Source: Sphaerodactylus townsendi (lineage: Eukaryota). Taken from it: a stretch of 64,000 bases of DNA. A model generated the notes under the pieces. It saw only the letters and a list, made by a program, of their open reading frames with translations, was not told the origin of the DNA and made no database searches. Positions 15,169 to 53,645 of the stretch are shown one piece after another. The DNA lies in contig NC_059432.1 of NCBI RefSeq assembly GCF_021028975.2, positions 64,976,001 through 65,040,000 on the forward strand, read 5' to 3'. Position 1 is the stretch's first letter. Each line of letters opens with the position of its first letter. A program made the translations under genes and the position numbers.

Positions 15169-18100
15169 TCAGATTCTAGGGCTGTGTTTTAGAGATTAGA
15201 AGCACAGGATAGGCACAGAGGGTGGAAGAGACGGGAAAGCAGTTGTCCATGCAGCACAACCAACTTGCGCAGCAGACTGCAGTGACACCAAACCAACCTG
15301 TAGCTGGAGAGCTAATGCACATTAAACTATGAAACCATGCTGTTCTCATCTGAAGGACACAAACGTGTGTGCGCGACATCCGTGGACCTATTCCTAACAA
15401 GATTCACAAATATCTTACGCTGTTGTAACTGGAACACTAATAGCTAAGACTACAAAGCCTGACAATATAGGATTACAAAGGAGATTACAAAGGAGAAACT
15501 GGGCTAAATCCCAAGTTGGGGACACACACACACACACACAAAATTTCAACAAAATGTCCCCCCCATAATATCAAAGCAAATTTGGATTATCAAAGGACTG
15601 AAGGAGAATATGTTTCATCCTAATAATCCTATTATTGACTGTGTCAGATATGTTGAAATCTCCAATATCTGGTCAGGAATCATATGCTGGGAGCAAATGC
15701 CAGATGGGCTCTTGGACCAATCCAAGAAGATTCTTTTAATGCAGAGCAGCACAGAGAAATAAAATTCTGGAATGGAGATTACATATATTTGTGAACTAAT
15801 GAATGATACCCCAGAAGACGGCTGTAATACTACACACTTTCTGCCATTCCTTGAAAACCTTCAGTCTGCAGTCTGACCCACAGATCCTCTTCCTTCTTGC
15901 TGTAATACCTGTCAGATTATGACTTTCTCAAGCAATAATAAAAGTGAGGGGGTTGATTATATGGTATTGGCTCTCAGATCGTTTCACTTCAAAGCCCTGC
16001 TAAAAAACAGCAGTAGTCAATGGCTACCCAGAATTAGTCAAGCTGTTTTCTCTGCCACATTGAAAAATAGCAGCTCAAGAGTAATGGACACTCTCCTGTC
16101 ACCCCCCATCTGATGAAGAAATACCTTCAAACACAGGCTGTGCTATATTTTTTCCCTCCCGTTAAGATTACACTGGAGTTTGAAATAGAGCGGATTCACT
16201 TTAATATGAGGGTTGACGTGAAATTTAGATTTTTTGTTGGACTTCTATCTTATGTTCCCATACCAGTGATACATAGAAGAATGGGCTGACTGCAACCAAT
16301 GAACATATTCATCCCTACCACAGGAAATTCAAGACTTACGGCTCAGGTTGCGTTTGCTTGGTTTTTTTTATCTCAGCAGACCAGTGTACAGCTTGAGCAC
16401 CAAGAGAACTTCAATGAAATATTCATGTATGCAGCCTATGGACTAGCTGGAGATATAACTTGGTATGTCCCATCACAGGGGCTTATTCAGGTCCCCCCTT
16501 CTGCTACCAAGGAATTCAATAGGCTACAAAAAGGCCAGACCCATTTGTTATTGAGCCACGGTATCCACTGAACAGTATCAGTTGTGTCACATCTGGGCTT
16601 GAAGAAAGGTTAGCCAAATAAGGTCAATTTTGACGGTAATATTAAGTTACTAAATCCGAATGGGAAGTCAAACAGAGAGAGAAAATTATCTGTATTAGAT
16701 ACTTAAAATTTTAGAAATATACTGGATTAATTAAGGTATTTATGTATCAAAAACAAAATTTTGTAATTGTAATGTTTTAATGATATTGAAATAAATAAAC
16801 TTTAATTTAAAAAACAGTATCAGTTATGGAGAAAATTCTAAAAATATTACAGAAATAGATAATTGTTAACTTTTTTGATCAGAGAGAAACGGTCATTCTA
16901 AAAGCTACATGACAGGCATCAAGTATCAGGTACAGCTTTTTCCATCACTGCATCCTCATGCTGGATACTGCTGCACAGGCTGCATTCTTATATAACATGC
17001 ACTTCAGAGGGGCCCAGGCAGAGAGGGAAAAAGTAGCAATCCCACATACGAACTACAGGTTTTCCATAGGTCACTGTAGGTTTTGTAGCTTCTATAGACT
17101 TTACTTGTTGCCTGACTGGCACTGCTTCTGTGAGAACTAAATGGCAGAAAGATAAGAGAAAGATGGAAACAGAAATGAGTAATGGGTTGCACCTGTTGCA
17201 TCAGGTGCTTATCTGAGATTTATATCCGTGTATTTGAGTACTGCTACCAGATGCTTTTGTACATCTCAGCCCCACCAGTAATATTACTAACATCTGGAGA
17301 TTCCCCTTTTGGGACAAAATTATTGTCACTGAGACAATGTTCACCCATGTAATGTAGAAAGTTTCATTGGAACTTGTCTCTAGTTCCTGGGTTTTTTTCT
17401 TCTCGAGTCCTGGTTCTGATCCTGAAAAGGAAAATGTGTATTGAGTGTACCAGTAATAATTGTACTAAAATCAGTAGAGTGTCCAGTATTTACCAAAAAC
17501 AGTGGATGCATTTTTCACAGCCTCCACCCATGTATGGTGGGAGTGTACCAGAGTCACACGTAGTGGCAGATTACAGCCAATATTTATCTTATTTCATCAG
17601 CACAATGCAAATGTACCCTGCATCCTCTATGAGGAGACTCTTGTAATCTGAGGGAGGTGCTGTTAAACAAGTGCTCAGTTCTCCACATTTTAGGGTATAC
17701 AAAAGTGTTTATGTCTGTTTGAATGATCTGCAGTGGTATGCACAAAGGGTGCTTAAGGGGGAGGGATGGACGGGTCATATTTGGAGACATGGTCTGACTT
17801 CCTAGGAAAGCTAATTCTTGTTTACCTGGGCTTTGTTTGTTTTGAAGTCTTAGCAGCCAGTACTAGTGCAGCTGAAGATACCTGGCAGGGTTCTGTGAAA
17901 AGATATTTTGTTCACTTGTTCTCCTGACTTTGTTGTTAACCTTGTATGGTGGTTGAATAAAGTGTTCTCCTTCACCAAAATTCTCCCATATATCCATGGC
18001 TATTAAGCTGCAGTAACAGAATGATATAGCTCCAGGCCACACATCTTCATCTGTTTCCCTACTCCTGGAACTATATTGTGATTGAATGCTGAATTATCCT

Positions 18101-19429
18101 ATCCTTTAACATGGTTGTTGGGGAGGAAGAATCTGCAGCTCTCAACTGACTCTAGTAGAAGGGTTTTTATTTCTGCCTGCTCTCTTGAAAACATAACATT
18201 ACACTGGAGGTAGGACCAGTTCTTGAATAAGCATAAGCTCTCTGAAAAGTTAGCTTCTTCCCTTGTCATTCCATTCACTTCCCTCAGACCGTACTGGCAA
18301 CATCTCAATCGCATAGGGCTGGCATAACATCAGTATCAGTTCTTGGTACTGGTGTTACTTTTCCACCTTTTAGTATAGTGGAATTTAGTAGCAATCACAT
18401 TCAAAGGATAACAGTGTAAGGATGCATTACCACCCCAGGTCAATGAAAGCAAATTATAAGGTATGAGGCTGACTAAAGTTCATCTCAACCCTTTTGCTAT
18501 AGATGGCTAGGCTAAGACCAAGCAGAATTACATGTAAGGAAGAAAATCCAAAGGGGGGTAGTCATGTAAATCGGTTATAGCAAAACAAACAGGCTGTGGT
18601 GTTTTAAACACTTAACAGGATTATTATGGCATATGCTTCTGTGAATTAGGATCCACTTCAAACACAAGTGGACTCTCGTTTATGAACGCTCATGTGATAA
18701 TAAATAATAAAGTCTTCAGGATGCTATAAGACTCTTTTTTACCTTGGAAGAGCAATTGTTGGATGTATGAAATGTGTTTACTTTTCTCTATACATAGAAC
18801 AATGCAGCAACAAAGATCTTGTGATTTATAAATTCAGGACAAAAGATTGTATGAGGAAGATGATGGAAAAGAGAGTAACAATGCCATCCTAAGCAGCATT
18901 ACATAATTCTAAACCTACTGAATTCAATGGGTTCAGAAGGCTGTAACTCTGTTTAGGATGGCATGGCCTATTCATTCTAGGGACTATACAATGATTGCTG
19001 CTCTTCTGGAAATAATTACAGCAACTGCAGCAGCAAACCATGCTTATTGTAGGTCCACAAGCTGCCAAGCAATTCTGCCCCACTCCGCTCCTAGTGGAAT
19101 TTGGCATACCCACCTCATCAAGGATACCAACCTGGTTTGGTTGAAACAGACAAGGGCAGCATCATTTACTGTAAATATAGATCCCTCTATTTTGCTCTTC
19201 CACTCATAGGGGAAAATCTCTCATTAAAGTGATTTGCATTAAGGCTGGTGCTATGTGCCTGTAGCTCAGTTCCACATGCCACATTTACGTCTTTACACAG
19301 AGTCAACTACAACCTTCCCCACTCACATTCTCTCCGTACAGAGCCCATACAGTTAGTTACTAGCAATCTCAAACTCTTATCCTGACAGTACTACCCTTCA
19401 CCTCGGACTCTCCTTTTGACCAAGCTTCA

Positions 19430-19950
19430 TCGACTAAGTCCACGTCCCGCAGCATCCTAAAGTCAAACCATGTAGCCCATCCAATCAAGCTCTCACCACT
19501 ACTATTGCTCACTTAGCGCTCTGCACCTCGCAATGACCGATCTTCTCTGCACAGGTCCTCTCGGTTCTACTTCCTCCGGAATGCGTATATCAATCGCCAC
19601 CCCGGGTGACTTCAATCCGACCCCAAGCCCGGGCATCCCCGGCACGCCTCCCTTCATCCCTCCAACATGACGGCCGCGCCCCTCACCTGGCTTTCAAGCG
19701 CCACAGCAGCGACCATGAGCCTCACACCCCTCCACTCTCCCCCCATCGGCCACCGCCTCTTTCCTCCTCTTCGCTCTGTCAGCTATGCCAGGCTTCTCCC
19801 ACCACACCCGCCACCCCGGGCTAACCGACCACCAGGATCCATCCCTCCACGCTGTTGGCTGTTTCCCAGGCAACCAGCAGTAACGCAGCTACTCATTGCC
19901 CAACCTTCCTGCTACCTTCCCCCGCCCTTTCCTCAGCAGCCATCTTAGTA
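19430..19950 (-). promoter_or_regulatory. CpG-rich region, probable MORN4 promoter and non-coding exon 1
   Basis: Local CpG cluster upstream of the first MORN4 coding exon, with a minus-strand donor CAG|GTGAGG near 19681-19689. Part of the sequence looks noisy. Confidence 0.5.
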
Positions 19951-21179
19951 AAGGGCAAGAAGGCTTCCTACAATGATACGGCCATGTTTGTGAGGGGCAA
20001 GATCCCTTTCTCTGTCCCCACCGGCCCCGAGGAGACCCTCCTCTTCTGCCTTCCTCTGACGGCAGGTTCTTGTTGCAGCCCTTTATTATGCATAATTCAT
20101 GGGAAAACAAAATAATGAAAGAAGAAGCAGGGCAGTCAGAAATGTTTGCTGACAGTGGAGCCTTTACAATACAAATCGCTATATGGGCATTGCAAGAAAT
20201 AACGGCATTAGTAATTTCTCATTTTGAGCATTTCACTAATTTTATCTGTTTGGATTTTGTCAGACAAAACCAAAATGCAAGGTATCAATAATGTCATCTA
20301 AGGTACTCTTGGATATATCTATATTTTATTGCATAATATTTATTTAGTAGCATGCTGTTCCTGTTGTAATTATTTGTTCTTCTTTCATGACCATTGGTGC
20401 CCAAATGTAAGGAGTTTCCGGAGGGAGACTGCATATTTTTTTTCTCAGCCCCAGGGATGAGACAAAAACATACAGAAAATTCAGGGGTTTTTTTGGTAGG
20501 CAGCCCAATACAAAGTGTGCAGCAGTCAGAGACAACCACGCTTCTGCACCACCATGCCCCCAAAGGGGTTTCAGGTGGGAAGCCCAAATACAACCCCTCC
20601 CCCCAGCTGCCTGGGGAAAAAACCTTGCAAAAAGGACTTATGCCACACTTTCTGGTGGGATAAGTCTACGACTGGAGAGGGGGATGTTCTCAGGCTGAAA
20701 GCCTGGTGAAAGCTGACTAAAGTTGGCTACATCCCTGGGAATGCCCTAGGCCTGTCCTCCTGCTGCGCTGGAGTGGCCTTTTGTTGGCATAACTTCAGGG
20801 TGGTGGGCCCTGCTGGATTTGCTGCAGGGCTGTGCAGCACTCACCCAACAATGTGTTTGGTCTCTGCCAGCGTAGGCGCCCCCTTACACTGGCAGGGCAT
20901 CCATGTCGGTGCAAACCCATACTGCTCCCACAACTTGTTTCAGCCTTTGCCTCTGGATTGGGCTGTTAGTCCATGACTCATGGTGGGTAACATATTCTTT
21001 TACAAACATGAAAGTTTTAAAATGATTGTTCCTGTTCTTTGTATTTTTAACAGAAGTGAACATCCCTGCTGGCCTGTCAGTGTGGAAGAAACAACAGGAA
21101 GAAATCATTTGCAGGGAGACTTCATGAAACATCATTGATATTTGTAAACTACTGGGAAAGTGGTGTTTTAATATTGGTT

Positions 21180-21620
21180 ATTATTATTATCATCAAACTT
21201 ATATGCTGCTCTCCCACATAGGGCTCAGAGTGGCTTACATTCAATAGATTAAAATAAAATAATAAAAATAAAAATAAAATACATTAATAAAATACATAAA
21301 AATGCAGAATAAAATAAATACATAACAATAAAATACATTATAAAATACATTAAATACATTAAAATACTGTCCACAAAAAACCCCATAGCCGGCGGCATTC
21401 CTCACATCCCTTCTCCCTTTCCTGAGGAGAGACTGGCTGTTGTTATGTAGGAGGCCAATTGATGCAATGCCTGAACCAAATACCTGGTGGAACAGCTCTG
21501 TTTTACAGGCCCTGCGGAACTCTTTCAAGTCCCACAGGGCCCTGATGGAAGTAGGTGGAGCATTCTACCAGGCTGGGGCCAGAGCCAAAAAGCCCTGGTT
21601 CTAGTTGAGGCCAGTCACTA
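21180..21620 (-). mobile_element. L2-type LINE 3' fragment
   Basis: Minus strand translates KEFRRACKTELF (L2 ORF2 C-terminus), followed by a T-rich 3' UTR, the L2 terminal motif and a (TAA)n tail. Confidence 0.65.
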
Positions 21621-24600
21621 TGAGGGGTACTCTGACTTGAATAGCCCCATCCTAACCTCTTGTCAGACTTCAGAACCTAAGAAGGGTCATGATGTAGAGG
21701 AAGGCAATGGCAAACCACCTCTGAAAATGTCTTCCCTTGAAAACCGCACCAGGGGGTTCCCATAAGACAGCTGTGACTTGATGGCACACACACACACAAA
21801 ATGAGGACTGCATGGTTAAGATGAAAAGTAAAAGGGACCATAAACATTTTAGTTCTAGAAGGGTACATAATGAGGTTCATTTTGTGGATTTAGATGATGA
21901 TTAATTGGAGTAGTAGGCTTCCACAGGATCTCCATTTTGGAAAGATCTAAAACAAGAGTTCAGTCTTTTTCAGACAGGAACATGTCTTTGACACCAACTT
22001 ACGACATCCAATCTACTTTGTTTCTCTCCTCCCCTCCTCTCCCCAGTGTTGGGGACTGCATCTTCCCTAGTTTTGTTATTGTGTGGTTGCCAGCTTAAAC
22101 CATCCTCTAGGTTGGACTAAAATGTAAGAATGTAAGAATTTTAATGGGGTTTATTGTACTTGATGGCTTTAAATCCAACGTATTTGTTTATATTATTATA
22201 TCTGATAACTTCTAATATAAGCCACCCTGAGCCCAGTTTGCTGGGAGGAGGGTGAGGTATAAATAAACTTTTCATTCATTCATTTTTTACATATATATCT
22301 ATCACAGTGCAATCCTGAGGGGGCCCTAAAATGCTGTGGAGGTGGTATGACCCTGGGGCTGGCATAAATGCCACTTGCACCAGAGTAAGAGGCATTTATG
22401 CTGGGACAGGAGCACAACACAGGGGCGCCTTTGCAGCCATTGCATGGTGCAGCTCCAGCACAGGGGCTTGTTGTTCTGGTGCCAAAGGGCGTTATCCAGG
22501 GGTATGGCCAATATTAGTAGGCTCTCTAAGTCATTTGTCCAGTGCAAAGTTACGCCTGCAAAACCTGTCGTGCTGCCTATAGTGCCCCATAGTAAGCAGT
22601 CTCAAATTCCTTCCCCCATAGGTGCAGCCCTGCCCAAAAGGTGCCAAAGTGCTTAGGATGGTGCTGACTAGCTCTTGTGCCAACGGAAAGATCCCTAGTG
22701 CTGGACTGGCCCCCTCCCCAGCAACCCATGGCTGAATCCCCTGTCCTTTAAAAACCATTGCCAGAAGCCACCAAGCCCCATAAGATAGGTTGTGCAGCAT
22801 GGCATGCTGCTGGTCAGCTCCCTACCATGGGAACATAGAGCTAGTGGGATATTCCTTTCCTTGTGTGACAGACCCCTTTGGGGTATGGCAGCTTTTATGG
22901 CTCTGCTGGATGTATGCCATGGGACCAGGGGTGACCAATTGCCTCCAAACCCTTGGTTGCCCATATCTGTGGGGACAATGGCCACTAGTCCCGGGCAAGG
23001 CCATACAGGAACTGTTTCTGAGCTGCCAGTGAGAATCCAGAGGGATCACATTCACCAGCATGGCTGTGCCAGGGCTGCCAGGATTGTCATTGACTTCCTC
23101 TTTCTCCCCCCATGTCCCAGTGCTCTTGTGGGGCCCACCCGCCCCCAGGGGTTCCCTTCCCCCACCCTAGTCTGTCAGCACAGCTAACCTCTTAGAAGGT
23201 GACTGTGCTGCACCATTGCTGCGCCATCCCTGGCCGTGGTGCAACTATTTCCCCACAGGATTGTACTGCCTGTCATTTTGTTACCTTCTCCATATGCATG
23301 CCTCTATTTTGTTTTATCTTTTAAACACTCAAACTACATCAAAGCACACATACATGCTCACAAAATGTTGCAGATGCTGTCATGACACCATCTTGGATCA
23401 TGATGTGACTTCGTTGTGACCACAACTAGCAAGGTGTGGGAAGGACATTAACGAGGGTTGCTGGTGTTAGATGAACATGAGATCAATTACCACTGGAAAG
23501 TCTGTGATATCTCATTACAGAGGCTAGGCAAATATCATGGCAACAGATCAAAGGCTGATTATTTTCTACTTCCCATTGACCTAGAATTAGAACCAACAGA
23601 AGCCAGACTGCTGAACTATGGGTCACATGGGTCTGCCTATATGTTATAGGAAGCAAACAGTAATGTAAAAGATCCTAGACTTACGTACTGTTCATCTCCT
23701 ATTCAACATTTCATGCATCAGGAGAAGATGCAGATCTCACATTAAGCAGATGTAGATGGCAAATATTTTTCTATGTTGGTAGTATTTTCTATTTAAGCCG
23801 CCATCTTCCTATCATAGCAAACGTGTATGTTTGTGTGATTTATGTGCAAAAGAACACATTTCACACTGAGTTAAATTTGCCCATATTCTTTAAACTTATT
23901 TAGTAGATTGTGGCAACCATGTTGGCATGGCATAGCTAGGGGGTGTGGGAGTGCTAGAGCTCCAGGCACCATGTCCCAGGGCACACACCAGGGCAGTGCC
24001 CTCCCTCACAATTGCGCCCCATCCTGAACTCAGGGGAATTCAGACAGGCATGCAATTGGCGGGACTCACCCCCACCCCAATCTTCATGTGGAGATTGGGA
24101 GCGGGCCTAGTCGGGCTATCCCTCCCCCCCCCCCATCTCCATGTGGAGGTCAGGAGTGGGGTCAGCCAGTTCAACCCACTTCTAAACCTCATGGTGAGAT
24201 TGGGGATGGGGCGAGCCCAGCTCGCTGGTGCTTAATTGCGCATCTCCCCAAACTCCCCAGGTGGAGGGTTTAGGGCTGGGGTGCAGCGGGGGGGTGGGGG
24301 GTGGAATTAAGCTATGCCCTGCATGTTGGCTCCAAAGTCTAGCAAATATGAAATATATGAAAGGATACATAAAAAGGCTTTAATCTCCTGGTGAAAAGTT
24401 CTGTGAAATTCTGAAGATTGCACATGAGCATACTGTCTTAATCAGGTACAATAAAAGATGTACCATATAGTTTCTGTTTTTGTTTTAAATATCTGCCTAA
24501 CTATTGAGGAAACCATAACACCCCTGATCCTGCTACTGTGTACAGTTTGTTATTTTTAAAACTTTTAAATCTTTCAAACGCAAAGCCTGTGCCTTTTTAT

Positions 24601-25299
24601 GGTTTCTTTGGTAGAACATGATGGGGAACCACAATTAAGAGAACCAAATCTAACATTTTATTCTTGAAAATTTGAGATGTCATATACCAATTATAGCCGG
24701 CTGTAGAAATGCTAGCAGATTATAAAAGCATCAAGTATTATAAAAGTATCAAGGTAGTACAGCAATTTTTTTTAAGGCAATCATTCCTGAATATTTCAAA
24801 CAAAAGAATCAAGGATGCAAGTGAATGAAGTGGATGGCGAATTCCCAGAAATAAGAGAATTCATGTAACAGAGAAATAGCACTATATGATAACTGTTATT
24901 TTATTTATTTATTTATTATTGGGTCTTGTATACCGCCCTACCCCCGAAGGGCTCAGGGTGGTGAACAACATAAACAAATATATACAATAACCCTTAAATA
25001 CATTAAAACAATTTAAAAGCAGCGATCAATAACAAACAATGTCCGCATTAACACTCATTGTGCTGTCCTTCAGCTAAAAAGCAAGTTAAAAAAAGATGCT
25101 GTGTGTGTCTGGAAGTTCATTGAAAAAGGAAAGTGACACAGGCTATTTTAGCTATAAATTAGCACATCTGTGTTAATCTGCCTGGGACGAATCTGGTGAC
25201 TGATTCGCTTTTCAGAACAGACCGCTGGATAAGATTTGCTCTGTCTGATCAAATAATAGATTAGTGAGTTTGTGTGTTTGCAATGTAACTTGTGTATGC

Positions 25300-48935
<23,636 letters not shown>

Positions 48936-51436
48936 CAGTTGCCCTCTTCTTCATCGAGGAACTTGTGGGAGAGTGCGCCTTGACAGTGGGCAGCCGATCC
49001 TCCAGACCAAGACAGCTGTGCTGCAGCCAGTGGGAGATGTATGCTGGAACTCCCATCAGCCTTGACTTGGAACATTCCCAGCAGGAGGGGAAGGGGTCTT
49101 CATTAGACTGATTGCTACTCCCTTCTCCCTGTGGGCTGGACATACCTCCTCCCCAATCTGGGCTTGGCAGCATCTCTGAGCAGGTGCCTGCATGCAGCAC
49201 CGTTTGGCTCCTAGGTACTCTCTCCTTAAATCCTTTGCCTGGGAATGTCAGAGGCAAGGGGAGTATCTTTGTCGGATGGAAGTGCTATTGCTCTGTGTGC
49301 AACTGCCAGCCTTGATATCCATTCCTCCCTTACTGTACCTTCTTGCTTACCCTGCTCAAGAAGGCAGATGCCTCCTATCCAGCTAGTCCTGCTCAGCTAT
49401 CATTGGCCCCCTACAGGCCTGCTCCTAGTGCTTTGTGTATTGGTACTAGGCCACAGCCAGCTGCTATTGGAGGAATCCAGGTGGGAGAGGGACAAGGGTT
49501 GGACCAGTGTCTCTTGTGACTGCTAAATGCTGGGGGTGCACAGGACTATTGAAAGTGAGCCTGTAGATGAGGCAGCACTTTTGTGCTTTCCTTTTGCCAT
49601 ACAGTAGATTTTAATTTAGTTTTAAATAATTCGCTCGATGTGCATACTCTCATGCGCTCCACTCAGTCCTAGAGCAAGTGAGAGGGAGGCTCAGCAAATC
49701 TTTCATACCCACCTACAGTGGTACCTAGAGTAATTTTAATACTAGCTCTCCTCTTTAGATAAGTGGGATGGGGGAGGGGTATGAGAGAAGGAAAGACCAG
49801 TTCATTGCCTGATGCTGTTCTCTCAATTCCTGTGGGGTGAGGAAGAGAAAATACCTTCCTCAGTCTAGGGTTGAGCATTGACAATCGTGGGAAAGATGCT
49901 CTTTCTTGTGACTAGCAGGGAGATAATCTGAGGTTAAGATTGCTACCATCTTGAGACTATGCTGGGTGTATAACTAGATGATACTACGACCACTGCTTTT
50001 CTGAAGGCTACTGTGCTAAATCCATGGCAACAGAAACTGCCCCTTGGAAACTGTCTATATAAGCATCCTAGCTTTCTCCTTGGGCACTGCTCACTAAGCT
50101 GTGGGCCCAGGCTGCTAGGAGAGGCCTTGTGCCAAGCCAAGCCCAGCTTCCTTCCTCTTCTGAGCAGAGGGGCTGGTACCCTGTAGGTGGGATCTGCCAT
50201 TTTCCTCATGGTCCTGGCTGGAGTGTAGGCTTCCTGCCGTATGTGCCAGGCTGAAGCTACTGCACTTTGCACTAGGGGATACTTTTCATTCTGTCAGCCT
50301 GAACTGAAATGTATCATTCTTATGCACTGTAGAAATGTATGTAATATTTAAATCAATGCAAGTATCTTCATAACAAGTCTGCAGTTGCGGCAGCAGTCTC
50401 CTGTGTACATTATGTCTCAGCTAACAGGAACCGAATCACTTTGCTCCCCATTATTTCCACCCCCCCTCCCGTTGCTAGTCATCATCGTTTCTACCTACAC
50501 TACTAGCCACCTGCCTCCTATTTAGGTGGAACTCTTCTGTTGTAGTCTGTCATATGTCATTCTACAGAAAGTGCCTCCCTAGTTTGTTGCTGTCTATATT
50601 GTCAAGCATGTTATGGGAATCTGTCCCGTCTTACAGGCCTCCTATTACAATGTAAACTGCACCCTATTTCTTTCACAACTGCTGTGTTAGTAAACCATAT
50701 GTGTCAACCAATCATTGGTTTAGATAGCTCGGGATGAAAGTTAGTTCCCAATTCTAATGCAGGCTGCCCTGGACACCATTTCTACTTTGGCAAGACAAGT
50801 CCATCAGGCTTATACCACTGCAGTGAACATCTTTCTCTGGTAGCAGAGGTTTGTGCACAAGGCTGTATTCATTTAGTCTTGTGCTATTAAATACTATCTT
50901 CCTTCCTGAAGGCTGCATTCACATTCTCTGTAAGAGGAACTACATAATTTCTTCCCCTTTGCCCTATAATCATGGGAATTGTGTAATATAGGTGAACTTC
51001 TTTTATTTATTTATTCGACTTGATATACCGCCCCATCCACAAAGGGCTCTTTCAATTTATTGGTCCTCGAAGGTTCCCATACTGCCACTGTGAACATCAC
51101 TGCCCAGTTGGGGGCCTCCAGCCTCTTCTCAGTGCACAAGTAGTCAGTCTTTGCAAAAGGAACATGAATAAGCCTTTATTAAATACAGGAAAGTGTATTC
51201 AGTAACATTAGTGTTTGTGCTCTGCCACACCAAGGACAGTGCCCTGATACAGCTCAAAAAGTGGTTGGTGCTTTTCTTTTGAGGTCTTGATCTCCCTATG
51301 CTAGAGCAAAAAATTATTTTAGATGTATGCATCATAGCAGAATTGCCTTTGGGCATCCTGTGTCTCAGTCTGTTTTCGTTCTGCACAGCACCACTGACGG
51401 ACAACTATGTAGGTAAGAGGGGTTGGGTTTAGTTGC

Positions 51437-52433
51437 TCACTGGTGGAGCTGGTGCAGGTAGCCTGCAGCTCCTGTACCCCACTGCTTCCTCTTCTGCTTG
51501 TAGTAGGGGACAGGGCATGGACTGCCTTTACTGGCCACATCTGGTTTCTTGCTGCTGTTGGGCCCATTGTCTTCAGCATAAGATGTAGTACAGTCCTCAA
51601 TCCTGTAGAACAGGAAAAGTATCGATTAGGAATTGGAAAAGCTGACAAAGGTTACCGTGTTTTGTACAGAATACAGCTGACGTGCCAGCTCTCCATAAAG
51701 GTGGAAGTTCACAGGCAGGGGACTTTCCTCCTGTCAAAATCCTTTTCTCCTCTGTTTTGTGTGCTGAAAATACAGCAGACAAAGTATAACCTCTGCTTTG
51801 AAGAAGTTACATTTTTTACAAAGGAGGATTAAATTGGGTTCAAGAGACCAGTTGCACATGCTACCATTGACATTTTCACAGTACAAGTAAAGGTAGGCAA
51901 GTTGATGGATAGAAATGTTCTGACTACTAGACTGTAATTTACAGGGTTAGTCTGGAGGAGGATGTGGATATGTATTGGAAAAAGTGGTTAAAGGTACGAA
52001 TTAAGTTAAGAGGGGCACAAAATGTGTTGGAGGGTGATGAGCAAAGGGTTGGGGCATTAACCAGCCACTGCTTGGAAAGCAATGGAGGATCACAAACAAG
52101 AAGACTGTACCGTAAGTGGCTAAAGTGCTGTAACTCCAGGAAACCAGTGCTGCTTCCTGACTCTGAAGGGGACTTCTGGTGGGGTTGCAGTCTCAGTTTT
52201 CTCCGCTTTGTGCGTAGCCGACGCAAGGCCTGGGCAATACATCGGTTCCCTGAACGCTCCCACACTAGCTGGGCCCGCTCCTCTGCTTGTACATCCCCAG
52301 TGCTGTGGAAGAGATGGTGAAGCTGTACCAGCCCCACTCCCTGAAAAATGTTGGCTGATGCTCCTTTGCGAGTGCAAGACTTGGGTGCCTGCAGGTGGGG
52401 CAGGTCACAAACAATGGAGGCAGGAATGCCCAC
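51437..52433 (-). CDS. AVPI1: Arginine vasopressin-induced protein 1 (2 coding exons, ~162 aa; start codon reads GTG)
   Basis: Exon 52433-52111 encodes (M/V)GIPASIV...RKGASANIFQ...GDVQAEERAQLVWE...IAQALRRLR. Exon 51602-51437 ends GYLHQLHQ*. The position between PI4K2A and MARVELD1 is syntenic. Confidence 0.9.
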
Positions 52434-53645
52434 AGGGTTGGGGTCTCTCCATTCTGTGGCTGGAGATAATTCTAGAAAAAGATAAAGGGGAAAGGATGAA
52501 ACAGCAGCAGGAATGGCTTCTGGCAGTCTTTGGTTTCTCTTGCCTTTTCACGTTTGCTCATTAGCAGGTCTTTGCAGCTAGATTCTTCCACAGTTCTGTT
52601 CTGAAGCACCTACAATTTCTACCCACTAAGTTGCCCCCTCCCACACAGCAAGCATACCCCCCTTTTCTTCAAGGATTTCAGACAGAAAGCCACAGCTGAC
52701 CCTTGCTTTTCAGCCATTCCCTTATAGTACCAGCTAGTGTGTTCTCCTGGAAGAGATTCCACTATCACCCAGGTGCGACTGTAAAAATCACATCGTGCCA
52801 CATGAATGACTGGTCAGTTCATGCAGACTACAGCTGTCTTCAAGCAGCAGAACAAAGGAACTTCAGGAAAACCACTCCAAGCTATAGGTGAAGTGCAGGG
52901 AGCCAGGTGATCTGCACCCCTGCAGATCCCACCAGTATTGGAAAGAAGGCCAAAGTGGGGCCATATAAGAGCTCATTTTTGCAGACAGTGATGGTACTGG
53001 GAGATCTCTTTCACTAGTTTTTCATGTTCTGCATGTCTTCTTTAACAACACTATCATAACAGTTATTTCCCTGAAAAGACCCCAGTGCCTCAGTGGTCCC
53101 TAGAAAACAGTACAGTAGGTAGCTGGAGAATAGGAAACACAAGCTAGTCTTTCCACTCCTCCTATTCCTTGGTGGACTCTTGTTTGGCAGCCTGATCCCA
53201 GTGTGCTAACTCCCTCAGTGTGCCAGGAACCATAAGGGCCCTGCCCAAGATACCATCTGTTCATTGGATCATTCCAACAATGGCTCTCAAATATACAGTA
53301 TTTTTCAGATTCCCCGCTGGGTTGAAGATCTGTGAGCACATTGTCAATGTGTAATTTTGCTATGAAATACAGCTGTAGGGGAAGACCCACATGCATCTCT
53401 ACTGTGGTGCTGGAGAGGGAAAGGGCTAACATGCTGTTTACCCACTTGAATACTAGAGTAATTTAAATACCTATTGGATAAAAAAACCAGGAAGACTTTT
53501 TTTCCTTCCTTTGAAAACAAGGCTTTTCTTACTGATTTTTATCTCACCTTTTCTCTCAGGAGCTCAGGGCAACATATATGCTCTGTTCTCATTTTGTCCC
53601 CACCACAACCCTGGAAAAGCCAAGTCCCGCACGGCAAGGACTGAC

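Noticed and set aside
19260-19600. G-poor, unusual-looking sequence next to the MORN4 CpG region
   Set aside because: No ORF, repeat boundary or motif could be supported; may simply be low-quality consensus.
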